Shown piece by piece: positions 29,207 through 37,658 of a stretch of 49,755 nucleotides of DNA. The stretch spans positions 1-49,755 of IMG/VR virus record IMGVR_UViG_3300020187_003788, one strand, 5' to 3'. Under the pieces are notes generated by a model. The model was not told the DNA's origin. It did not search any database and worked only from the letters and a program-made list of their open reading frames with translations. This stretch comes from a virus (taxonomy: Duplodnaviria > Caudoviricetes). Each line of letters starts with the position of its first letter. Within the stretch, counting starts at the first letter, position 1. The position numbers were made by a program, and so were the translations under genes.

Positions 29207-29234
29207 ATTTAATGGATAAGCTTTCCATTAAATA
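29206..29234. promoter_or_regulatory. Perfect 11-bp inverted repeat covering the translation start of the 29206 gene
   Basis: tatttaatgga-taagctt-tccattaaata. Confidence 0.6.
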
Positions 29235-29241
29235 CACATTA

Positions 29242-30096
29242 TTAATATTTTTCTAGAAAAATATTTAAATCTTGGTTATTATATGCAATTTTTTTATTAC
29301 ATAAATGCTTCCAGAAGCTTGTAGACCAGTGTTTACCTCGAACAATCTCTATTCTACTTATATTGTGATTACAGTAATTAGATGCAGTCAAGCACGTTAT
29401 ACCAGAAGAGCAACCAATAAACAAGTCCATGTAATTGTATAAATGTGCATTAGATAGGAATGACTTGCTGTAGTGATGGATTCTACAATCATACTTGGAT
29501 GATAAAGTATCTAGGTATTTTGGTTTCTCCCTACCCGAAAATATTAAGTCGTACTTTGGGTCATTAAATTTTTCACATATAGAAATTATGGAGTTAATAT
29601 CCATTGTACTCTGGTTAGAGAAGTATTCATACTCTATAAGCACCCTGCGTTCTCCATTGATTAACGCCATGAATTCATCAGCCTCAATAACCTCATCTTT
29701 AGATAACGAAATGTAAGGCTTAAATTCACAACTCCACTTATCTATCAAGCTCGTTTCCTCATGTATTATATTTAACAAAGTGCTCCTTTCGGTTCTATCA
29801 TAAAGAGGGGACATGTATGGGGCCGCGAACAAAGCAATATCATAATCATCAAGGGATAATTTGCCCTTAAAGTAATTACTCACAATCTCTGAACCCCAGC
29901 TATCGAATTCGCTTGATGAAATAATTACATTATCTATATAAGTATTATTCCTAATCAAGTGAGCATATTTACTTTTAGTTAAGAAATGTACCTCAACGTA
30001 TGGGTCTACGGTTTTATGGTGACATGCTATTGCTGTTGTGTTTAATATATCACCCATACCACCAAAATTAACTATTAGAATTTTTTTACTTGACAT
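29242..30096 (-). CDS. GT9 (heptosyltransferase-like) glycosyltransferase
   Basis: KILIVNFGGMGDILNTT, FLTKSKYAHLIRNN.YID.V and DLFIGCSSGI. Confidence 0.78.
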   Translation of the reverse strand: MSSKKILIVNFGGMGDILNTTAIACHHKTVDPYVEVHFLTKSKYAHLIRNNTYIDNVIISSSEFDSWGSEIVSNYFKGKLSLDDYDIALFAAPYMSPLYDRTERSTLLNIIHEETSLIDKWSCEFKPYISLSKDEVIEADEFMALINGERRVLIEYEYFSNQSTMDINSIISICEKFNDPKYDLIFSGREKPKYLDTLSSKYDCRIHHYSKSFLSNAHLYNYMDLFIGCSSGITCLTASNYCNHNISRIEIVRGKHWSTSFWKHLCNKKIAYNNQDLNIFLEKY

Positions 30097-30117
30097 TTTC
30101 CTCTTTCATGTTATAAT
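30090..30117 (+). promoter_or_regulatory. Consensus sigma70 promoter for the + strand operon
   Basis: TTGACA (30090-95), 16-nt spacer, TATAAT (30112-17), with extended -10 TG. Confidence 0.75.
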
Positions 30118-30194
30118 ATTATTCCTTAAACTTTATGTTTAAGGATATATTCCTTACGGTAATCTTATATATATCTATCGTAAACCTCATAATA

Positions 30195-30227
30195 ATGTTG
30201 ACATAACATATGATATTATGTTAACAT
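30195..30227 (+). promoter_or_regulatory. Second promoter embedded in a 12-bp imperfect inverted repeat (possible operator)
   Basis: TTGACA at 30198 and TGtTAACAT; arms atgttgacataa / ttatgttaacat (1 mismatch). Confidence 0.55.
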
Positions 30228-30241
30228 AGCAAAAATTCAAT

Positions 30242-30850
30242 ATGGAAAACTTTAAAGAAATGACTGACTCCGAACTCATAGTCGGAATGAAAGATACTAA
30301 CGACTCCGGTGATTGCCTAATGGAACTTGTATCTAGGCATAGCGGAATATTTATGACTATGGTTCATAATTATCTACCCAATTCATTTCACGATGGTCCC
30401 TCATATAAATCCGAATTAATAGAGGATAGGAATTACTATATATATCAAGCCGCCTTAAAATACGATGAAGATAGGAACACCAAGTTTTCAACCTACCTAG
30501 GTAATGAGACCAGATGGATGTGCCTAAACTTATACAATAAGAATAAAAATAAAACAATGAAGGAAGTGGGGCTTGATTGCCTGAAACCTAACGATATCAA
30601 CTCCATGGATGGGGTTAAGTTGGCATCAGTAAATAAAGAAATGCTTGACAGAATACTAAAAATAGCAGATACTTATAAGGATTCAAGAATCGCCAAGATA
30701 TTCAAACTAAGGTATCTAGACTCAGAAGGTAATAAGGTTACTTCATGGAAGAATATAGGTGGCGAATTAAATTTAAGCATACAGGGATGTATTAATATCC
30801 ACAATAAAGCCGTAAAAAAAATAAAAAAACAATTAGAAAAAGAAATATGA
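30242..30850 (+). CDS. Phage-encoded RNA polymerase sigma70-family factor
   Basis: Region 2-like AALKYDEDRNTKFSTY; region 4 HTH IFKLRY...SWKNIGGELNLSIQGCINIHNKAVKKIK. Confidence 0.82.
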   Translation: MENFKEMTDSELIVGMKDTNDSGDCLMELVSRHSGIFMTMVHNYLPNSFHDGPSYKSELIEDRNYYIYQAALKYDEDRNTKFSTYLGNETRWMCLNLYNKNKNKTMKEVGLDCLKPNDINSMDGVKLASVNKEMLDRILKIADTYKDSRIAKIFKLRYLDSEGNKVTSWKNIGGELNLSIQGCINIHNKAVKKIKKQLEKEI

Positions 30851-31233
30851 TTAATAAGTTTATAGGTATTGGAAATCTAACTAAATCGCCAGAGCTAAAA
30901 GAATTGGGCAGCTACAATAAGTGTGTGTTCCCAATTGCAATTAATAGCACCAAGGATGAAGTGTTATTCATGGATGTAGAGTGCTGGAATAAAGTTGCAG
31001 ACAATTGCAACAAGTACCTATCTAAAGGATCATGTGTCTATGTAGAAGGCAAAATAAAAGTGAACAAATGGAAGGATAAAGATGGCTGCCCCAAGCAGAG
31101 GTTTTTTGTCTCCGCAGATATAGTTAGATTCCTACCAAACGGAAAGAAAGAAAACGAAAAAGAAACAATTGAAAGTCCCGAGCCCTCTAATAGTATAAAG
31201 GAAATTATTAACCCCGAAAATATGCCCTTCTAA
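30847..31233 (+). CDS. ssb: Single-stranded DNA-binding protein
   Basis: NKFIGIGNLTKSPELK, W.KVADNCNKYLSKGS.VYVEGKI...W.DKDG and C-terminal MPF. Confidence 0.95.
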   Translation: MINKFIGIGNLTKSPELKELGSYNKCVFPIAINSTKDEVLFMDVECWNKVADNCNKYLSKGSCVYVEGKIKVNKWKDKDGCPKQRFFVSADIVRFLPNGKKENEKETIESPEPSNSIKEIINPENMPF

Positions 31234-32318
31234 TGGAATACATTAACTTCATAGGTCCAGTAAACTCTTTAAGCTTCGGCAATGTGTCTGTTAACATGTT
31301 AAGGGCACTTTACAATCTTAATCAAAAAATTTGCTTCTTCCCCGTGGGCAATAAAATCGAATTGAAAGCATTCGATAATATTGATAAAGATTTCACAGAT
31401 TGGTTATCCGACTCCTATAATAATAGATTTGCTAACCTATCAAAAGATAATCACACATTAAAAATGTGGCACATTAACGGGTCTGAATCTAATATAGGTT
31501 CAAATAGTTCTTTGTATACGTTCTACGAAACAGATGAACCAACTAATGCAGAGAAGTCTATATGTGAAATTCAATCAAAAACAATTTTTAGTAGCTCTCA
31601 TGCCCAGCGATGCTTTCTTGATTCTGGCTGCGATAATGCAGAATATGTACCAATAGGTTTTGACGAAGATTTTTTTGAAACAGGCAAGACCTACTTATCA
31701 GATAGAGTACTGTTTGGACTTATAGGTAAGTTTGAAAAAAGGAAACATACTGAAAGGATAATTAATTTATGGGCTAAAAAGTATGGAGACAACCCAGAGT
31801 ATCAGTTGACTTGCTGTATCACAAACCCTTTCTTTAATAAAGATCAAATGTCTACATTAATAGCAAAGGCCCTTGAAGGAAAAAGATACAAAAATATCAA
31901 TTTCCTACCATACCTTGAAACAAACTCTGAAATGAATGAGTTGTATAATGCAGTTGACATAAATCTTAGCGGCTTAAGCGGAGCCGAGGGCTGGAACCTC
32001 CCCGCATTCAATTCAACATGCCTAGGGAAATGGTCTATTGTTTTAAATGCCACCTCACATAAAGACTGGGCGAACAATGAAAACTCAATCTTGGTAAACC
32101 CAAATGGCAAAGAGCCAATATATGATGATGTGTTTTTCTCTGAAGGCGGAGACTTTAACCAAGGCAGTATAAATACATTCAGTGAAGGAGATTTTTACAA
32201 AGCAACAGAACAGGCTATAAGTAAATGTAAAAATAAAAACACAAAAGGTATTGAATTAAAAGATACTTTCAATTATAATAACACAGTTAAAAAAATACTT
32301 AACATTATTAAATCATGA
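31233..32318 (+). CDS. GT4-like (GT-B) glycosyltransferase
   Basis: TFYETD, VPIGFD, GKFEKRK and S.AEGWNLP. Confidence 0.8.
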   Translation: MEYINFIGPVNSLSFGNVSVNMLRALYNLNQKICFFPVGNKIELKAFDNIDKDFTDWLSDSYNNRFANLSKDNHTLKMWHINGSESNIGSNSSLYTFYETDEPTNAEKSICEIQSKTIFSSSHAQRCFLDSGCDNAEYVPIGFDEDFFETGKTYLSDRVLFGLIGKFEKRKHTERIINLWAKKYGDNPEYQLTCCITNPFFNKDQMSTLIAKALEGKRYKNINFLPYLETNSEMNELYNAVDINLSGLSGAEGWNLPAFNSTCLGKWSIVLNATSHKDWANNENSILVNPNGKEPIYDDVFFSEGGDFNQGSINTFSEGDFYKATEQAISKCKNKNTKGIELKDTFNYNNTVKKILNIIKS

Positions 32319-32506
32319 GTAACATAAGAAGAGAAGGCGGCGCAGTATTGCTGTGCTGTGGTAAAGGCAGGTGCCCGGCTTTAGCTAAGTCCGAAGACAA
32401 GGAAGAATTGTATTCACTTGCTGATGACTTTGGAGGAAAGGTTCATCTCACCAAAGACCAACTCCTGGCGATCCAGGAAGCTGTACAAGAGCTTGATAAC
32501 TCTTAG
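32315..32506 (+). CDS. Small hypothetical protein with Cys cluster (CCGKGRCP)
   Basis: 63-aa ORF with ATGA overlap to the upstream gene. Confidence 0.6.
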   Translation: MSNIRREGGAVLLCCGKGRCPALAKSEDKEELYSLADDFGGKVHLTKDQLLAIQEAVQELDNS

Positions 32507-32792
32507 TTTAATATCCTGTATTGGTTTGATGTGGATCGTACGTTACGGTTCAATATTCAAAAAGCCAAGGGGGTATATTTGTAGTAAATCAGAAATACTT
32601 AAAGAGCTCTTGAATTGTAGCTTATGTCTAGGATTCTGGTGTGGGGTTTTATCTTCTATTTTTTTATATATATATGTGGAAGAAAATCCGATACTAATAC
32701 TCCTGCCACTTGCATCTAGCGCTGTATGTTGGTTTTTTGATTCCTTACTTGACTTGATTCAAATTTCTTGTAATTTTTTAGATAAAAAATAA
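32493..32792 (+). CDS. Small membrane protein (DUF1360-like)
   Basis: GSIF...R, ELLNCSLCLGFW.G and hydrophobic segments. The start is uncertain (32418, 32493 or 32529). Confidence 0.6.
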   Translation: MITLSLISCIGLMWIVRYGSIFKKPRGYICSKSEILKELLNCSLCLGFWCGVLSSIFLYIYVEENPILILLPLASSAVCWFFDSLLDLIQISCNFLDKK

Positions 32793-32820
32793 TTGACTTA
32801 TTTGCTGCATATGGTATAAT
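32793..32820 (+). promoter_or_regulatory. Sigma70 promoter giving a near-leaderless mRNA
   Basis: TTGACT, 16-nt spacer, TATAAT with extended -10 TG; ATG at 32829 lies only 8 nt downstream. Confidence 0.7.
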
Positions 32821-32828
32821 CAAACACT

Positions 32829-33215
32829 ATGCCACTATACATTTTCCAGCACCCTAAAACTGAAGAAATTAAAGAAGTTTTCTTTGGTATGAATGATGAT
32901 AAAAAATACATAGATGATAATGGGGATGAATGGTCCAGAGTTTTTTCATTACCCGGCTTAAGTACTGAATCTTCTTTTGATCCTTGGGATCAAAATGGTT
33001 TCGTAAATAAAACCGCAAACATGAAAGGCTCTGTCGGGGACTTACTTGATAAAAGTGCTGAGCTTTCAGCTCAAAGAGCTGAATCAAACAATGGTATTGA
33101 CCCCCTAAAGAAAAATTACTTTAAGAACTATTCGAAAGAAAGAAATGGAGCAAAGCATCATTTAGACAAACCTAGTTCATACGAAAGTAAGAATGTAAAA
33201 ATAGACTTTAATTAA
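32829..33215 (+). CDS. Hypothetical protein (FmdB-like N-terminus lacking Cys)
   Basis: MPLYIFQH...E..EVF..M.D...W.RVFS.P pattern. Confidence 0.6.
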   Translation: MPLYIFQHPKTEEIKEVFFGMNDDKKYIDDNGDEWSRVFSLPGLSTESSFDPWDQNGFVNKTANMKGSVGDLLDKSAELSAQRAESNNGIDPLKKNYFKNYSKERNGAKHHLDKPSSYESKNVKIDFN

Positions 33216-33217
33216 TT

Positions 33218-33772
33218 ATGAGTGTTCAAATATATAAACCTAATAAAAACAACTCTGGATGTGGATTTAGTTTCTCCATGGGTTACGACAAGAATAGTAA
33301 AGAGCCCGTAGTCTTTATTTCTGCAATACTACAGCATTCCTGGGATTCTAAAAGTCATAGGGGTACATTCATGGGTAGCAAAGATGATCCCCAAAAAAAT
33401 ATAACGGTTAAATTAAATGAGTTTGAATGTGGGTCCATCATTTCAGCAATTAAAAGTAGGTATGAATGGAACACCTTTCATCAAACTAGTGACACTAAAA
33501 CTACCATTAAATTCAGTCCTTGGGATAAAGAAGCTTCAATAAAATCTTATGACCCAAAGACCAAGGAGTACAAAACTAAAAAACAAGTAGTTCCAGCCTT
33601 TGGTTTAAGTATATCTAGGGCTAGTGGTAATACATTCAAGATGCCCCTTGAGCCCGGTGAGCTAGAGTGCCTATCCTCTTTCCTTGCCGTTGTACTTGAA
33701 AGAATTTATTCTCATAGAATTAAAAAAATCACTCAATCATTCAATAATGACATAGAACCATTTGATGACTAA
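33218..33772 (+). CDS. Whirly-like ssDNA-binding protein (putative)
   Basis: By-eye colinear similarity to the plant Whirly domain (IYK; LNEFECGSIIS; FH; FGLSI; MPL..GE...L..F). Confidence 0.55.
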   Translation: MSVQIYKPNKNNSGCGFSFSMGYDKNSKEPVVFISAILQHSWDSKSHRGTFMGSKDDPQKNITVKLNEFECGSIISAIKSRYEWNTFHQTSDTKTTIKFSPWDKEASIKSYDPKTKEYKTKKQVVPAFGLSISRASGNTFKMPLEPGELECLSSFLAVVLERIYSHRIKKITQSFNNDIEPFDD

Positions 33773-35699
33773 AAGAAGCTCTAAAAAAAATAGTAGAAAG
33801 AAAATACTATTTCACAGTAATTTCTGTAAGTCATTTACTGGGTTTGGTAAGAATTCAAAAAATGTATTGCAATACCTTTATTCTACTGGAAAGTATGACA
33901 TAATTGAAGCTGCCAATGGATTCCCTAAATCCTACCAACCCTTATCAACTTTACCATGGGAATGTGTTGGCACTCTCCCTGATGACAAGGCAAAACTGGC
34001 AAGGTTAAAGCAAGACCCAAGTCTTGCTAGGTCAGTCAGCTATGGATCCGAGACTATTGATGAGTTAATAAAAGAATATAAACCAGACATTTATATAGGT
34101 GCTGAAGATATATGGGCATTTAATAATTACTGGGAAAGAAAATGGTGGAATAAAATCAACTGTATGGTGTGGACAACCATTGATTCAGAGCCCATGCTAC
34201 CACTAGCGGTTGATGCCGCCAACAATATAAAGAACTACTTCGTGTGGGCCAAATTCGCAGAACGCGAGATGGCTAAGCTTGGTCACAGCCATGTAAAAAC
34301 CCTGCACGGAATAGTTAATTGTGATAATTTTTATAAAATTGATTCTGGTGAATTAAGAACCAGAAACTTGATAGATGATGATGCATTCGTTATAGGCTTC
34401 GTATTCAGGAATCAGTTAAGAAAAAGTGTACCAAACCTACTAGATGGATTTGCTCTTTTTAAATCTAAGCACCCAGAATCAAATGCTAAATTACTTCTTC
34501 ATACTCACTGGGATGAGGGTTGGGATATACCTAGACTAATCAAGGAAAAAAATATAGATAGGTTTGATGTATTAACTACCTATTACTGCGATAAATGTAA
34601 ACAGTACGAAATTAAACCCTACTCAGGTCAAGAGCTAGACTGTCGTTTTTGCAAAAGTGAGAAAAGTCAAAACACCACTAATGTAAAAAACGGAGTTACA
34701 GAATCTCAATTAAACGAAATATATAATTTAATGGATGTTTACTGCCACCCGTTTACTTCTGGTGGTCAGGAAATACCAATTCAAGAAGCCAAGCTTTGCG
34801 AGCTAGTTACATTGGTTACGAATTATAGTTGTGGGGAAGAACACTGCACTACTCATAGTGCGGGCCTCCCACTTGAATGGACAGAGTACAGGGAGCCCGG
34901 CACTCAATTCATAAAAGCCAGCACGTCGCCCAAAAGCATATCGGATCAAATATCATATGTTTACAATATGGACCTTAGCAAAAAATCCAAAATGGGTAAA
35001 AAAGCAAGGAAGTATGTTATAGATAATTATTCTATTAAAGTCGTTGGTAAAAAGCTTGAGAAAATTTTAGACAATATGCCTAAAACCAACTGGGACTTTG
35101 ACTTTTCTGAGAAAAAGAGAGATGCATTATACAACCCGCCAGATATAAAAGATGACTCTACTTGGTTATCAGATATATATAAAAACATTTTAAATATGGA
35201 CATTAACCCCCATAATGATGAAGGGCACTCCCATTGGATGAAAAAACTATCTAAAGGATTCAGTAGGTCCGAAGTGTTAAAATATTTCCGAAGTGTAGCA
35301 GATAAAGAAAATACCCAAATAGAGGGTTCCTTTGATCTGTCTGAATTTTTAGACAAAGAAGGTTCGTCTAAAAGAATTGCTATTGTTATGCCTGAAAGTG
35401 CTGGTGATGTTCTTATGGTTAATTCATTAATTACTAATCTTAAAAAACTATATCCAGATAAAAATATTTATTTTTTTACGAAACCAGCTTTCTTTGATTT
35501 AATTGAAGACCACCCTGATATTCATAAGGTTTTGAAATACCACCAAAGCTTTGATGATATTTTTACCCTTGAGGGTAAAGGGTCTAGTGATGGGTATTTT
35601 GATGTTGCATATCTTCCCTATGTCACAACTCAGAGGTGTGTTAATTATACCCACAACGGACGAGATGTTAACTCCCTAAACCTTCTTTCAGACTTATGA
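33762..35699 (+). CDS. Multidomain glycosyltransferase: GT4 with Zn-ribbon insert + DUF4214-like + GT9 N-terminal domain
   Basis: TGFG, FRNQLRK, CDKC...CRFC, GGQEIPIQEA, IYKNIL...EG..HW..L..G.SR.EV and SAGDVLM...LK..YP...FFTKP.F..LI..HP.I.KV. Confidence 0.8.
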   Translation: MMTKRSSKKNSRKKILFHSNFCKSFTGFGKNSKNVLQYLYSTGKYDIIEAANGFPKSYQPLSTLPWECVGTLPDDKAKLARLKQDPSLARSVSYGSETIDELIKEYKPDIYIGAEDIWAFNNYWERKWWNKINCMVWTTIDSEPMLPLAVDAANNIKNYFVWAKFAEREMAKLGHSHVKTLHGIVNCDNFYKIDSGELRTRNLIDDDAFVIGFVFRNQLRKSVPNLLDGFALFKSKHPESNAKLLLHTHWDEGWDIPRLIKEKNIDRFDVLTTYYCDKCKQYEIKPYSGQELDCRFCKSEKSQNTTNVKNGVTESQLNEIYNLMDVYCHPFTSGGQEIPIQEAKLCELVTLVTNYSCGEEHCTTHSAGLPLEWTEYREPGTQFIKASTSPKSISDQISYVYNMDLSKKSKMGKKARKYVIDNYSIKVVGKKLEKILDNMPKTNWDFDFSEKKRDALYNPPDIKDDSTWLSDIYKNILNMDINPHNDEGHSHWMKKLSKGFSRSEVLKYFRSVADKENTQIEGSFDLSEFLDKEGSSKRIAIVMPESAGDVLMVNSLITNLKKLYPDKNIYFFTKPAFFDLIEDHPDIHKVLKYHQSFDDIFTLEGKGSSDGYFDVAYLPYVTTQRCVNYTHNGRDVNSLNLLSDL

Positions 35700-36877
35700 G
35701 CCACCTAATTGAGGAATATGCTAAATGCCTAGGAGTTAAAGTCTCTAGGCCGAAAGTCCTATCTCATTATTTTCCAATTAATGTTGATAAATATATTACA
35801 ATACAAACTACTAACAAATTTCAATCTAGAGATTATGCTCATTGGGATCAAGTCGTTTACTTATTAAAAAAATATATCGGGGATATTTCTATAGTTCAGG
35901 TTGGTGAAAAGGAAAACCCATTGGCTGGTAATATTGACTTAGATCTAAGGGGCAAAACCACCATAAAACAGTTGTGTTATGTTGCAGAGAAAAGTATTTT
36001 GCATGTTGGCATAGATAGTCTCTGTGTTCATTTGGCATCTGCTTACAACAAGCCAGTTGTTGGCCTTTATTCTAATATGTGGCCTGCAAACTCCGGGCCT
36101 ATTTGGGGAGGTTCGTCCACCTGTATAAACTCGCCTAAAGATGGTAATAAGGCCTCATATGCTATTGAAGAAGATCCCAAAACTATTGATGGCATTCTTC
36201 CTGAAGATATAGCCGAAGAGGTTCTTGAATTATTAGGTATTGATAATAATTTATTTAACAAATATAAAACATTAAATATTGGCAAACACTATCATAGTAA
36301 AATTCTTGAAGTAGTCCCTGACTTTAAACCTAATTCTGATTTTAACCCAAAGCGATTGGTTAATCTTAGGTGCGATTATCATCTCGATGAAGAAATATTA
36401 ACCCCTTGGCTGCATAAAAGAGTAAACCTAATGATTAATAAAAAAATTAATCCAAATGTATTATATTACTTCAAGAAAAACATAGCAGCTATTACTATTT
36501 TCCTTGATGATTCCGATGTTGATGCGGATTACTTATCTCAATTATCTTCATTAAACATAAAGCATACATTAATATGTAAAGATGAAAATAAAATAAATGA
36601 TTATAGATTTAAATTTTTTGACTTTGTTGTTAACGGTTATGATTTAATTAAGAAAAAAGACCTTGACTTTTGTGAACGGCTATGCGATAATACTTACTAT
36701 CATAGTAATAAAACCATTGTGTCAAAAAATAAAAAATACTCTAGTAAGGCCTCATGGAAGGCTGGCATAGAGAAATCAGGAAGTCCTGAGAAGTTTATTG
36801 ATACAGACGATTTCTGGGAAGAAATTGATTATCTAAATATATACAATTATGCCGAAGACAAAACAAGAAGACAGTAA
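35696..36877 (+). CDS. GT9 C-terminal domain protein
   Basis: SRDY.HW, VQVG, DLRGKTTIKQ and HVGIDS..VHLASA..KP.VGLY. Confidence 0.8.
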   Translation: MSHLIEEYAKCLGVKVSRPKVLSHYFPINVDKYITIQTTNKFQSRDYAHWDQVVYLLKKYIGDISIVQVGEKENPLAGNIDLDLRGKTTIKQLCYVAEKSILHVGIDSLCVHLASAYNKPVVGLYSNMWPANSGPIWGGSSTCINSPKDGNKASYAIEEDPKTIDGILPEDIAEEVLELLGIDNNLFNKYKTLNIGKHYHSKILEVVPDFKPNSDFNPKRLVNLRCDYHLDEEILTPWLHKRVNLMINKKINPNVLYYFKKNIAAITIFLDDSDVDADYLSQLSSLNIKHTLICKDENKINDYRFKFFDFVVNGYDLIKKKDLDFCERLCDNTYYHSNKTIVSKNKKYSSKASWKAGIEKSGSPEKFIDTDDFWEEIDYLNIYNYAEDKTRRQ

Positions 36878-37658
36878 AGAAAATAGTAATGTAGACAATT
36901 CATTGGGACCAAGCCTCTTTAGTAGAGATGAAAATGGTTTATTAAAAAATGTACAATATTCCTTCAATGATGATGGCTCAATTAACTGGAGAGCTATGGT
37001 TGGTGAAGAGCATTTATTTCCTAATCGTGGATGGTTTCAGTCAAGAGGCAAAGATACACCTCGGTCTATAGATGGCCTAGCGGATTATCAGCTTTTGATA
37101 AAACTTAGCGGAATTAAGGAGCTTGCAAAGCTCAGGGGTTTTTCTGATGTAAGTTATGAAACCGTAAGGTGTGAACTAGATCATGTAGCTGTTGTTTGTA
37201 AAATGACCTTCTTGTCAAATTACGAAACATTCGGAAGTCCTGTTGAGTTTCAAGATATGGCTAATGCCACATTAGATAATACCAGCAGTTTTGCTACGAA
37301 GTTTTTAGAGACCATAGCATGCAATAGAGCATTTGTTCGTTGTGTGAGAAACTTTCTTCAGGTTCATATTGTTGGTGACGACGAGATAGATAAATCTGAC
37401 TCCTCTGGTACACCTAGTTATAATAGCAAAAAATCTAAGTCTGGAGTTAACCCACTTAGCCCCACAAGCTTACTTAAACATAAAGCTGAAGAGTCTCTTG
37501 GTTGCGAGTCCTTTGAGGACTTTAGGAAGAAATACATTAAGACTTGGTGGCAAGAAAAAACCGAGGGCATTTATCAGAATGATGCCGTGAAAGATGCCAA
37601 CTCTTGGGAAGATATTCCAGGCAAAGAAACTAGGGTTATGTTAGGTTTGATCAACTGA
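36849..37658 (+). CDS. Putative Rad52/Rad22-superfamily ssDNA annealing protein
   Basis: L.GIKELA, beta-strand core, and ETIACNRAFVRCVRNFL.V...G.DEI resembling the (M)AETRA..RA.R..lgi...EE motif. Confidence 0.55.
   Translation: MPKTKQEDSKENSNVDNSLGPSLFSRDENGLLKNVQYSFNDDGSINWRAMVGEEHLFPNRGWFQSRGKDTPRSIDGLADYQLLIKLSGIKELAKLRGFSDVSYETVRCELDHVAVVCKMTFLSNYETFGSPVEFQDMANATLDNTSSFATKFLETIACNRAFVRCVRNFLQVHIVGDDEIDKSDSSGTPSYNSKKSKSGVNPLSPTSLLKHKAEESLGCESFEDFRKKYIKTWWQEKTEGIYQNDAVKDANSWEDIPGKETRVMLGLIN

Noticed and set aside
2-30096. Ordinary bacterial O-antigen/capsule locus
   Set aside because: No wzx/wzy/wzm/wzt/wza or priming transferase. The block is interleaved with RNR genes and contiguous with sigma/SSB and lambda-like tail genes, which points to a phage genome.
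36663-36691. Internal sigma70-like promoter (TTGACT-N17-GATAAT) upstream of the annealing-protein gene
   Set aside because: It lies inside a coding region, has a mismatched -10 and sits in AT-rich DNA; plausible but not distinguishable from chance.
37641-37658. Intrinsic terminator at the convergence of the + operon and the tail genes
   Set aside because: The convergent ORFs overlap by 18 nt, and no GC-rich stem with a U-tract is evident.
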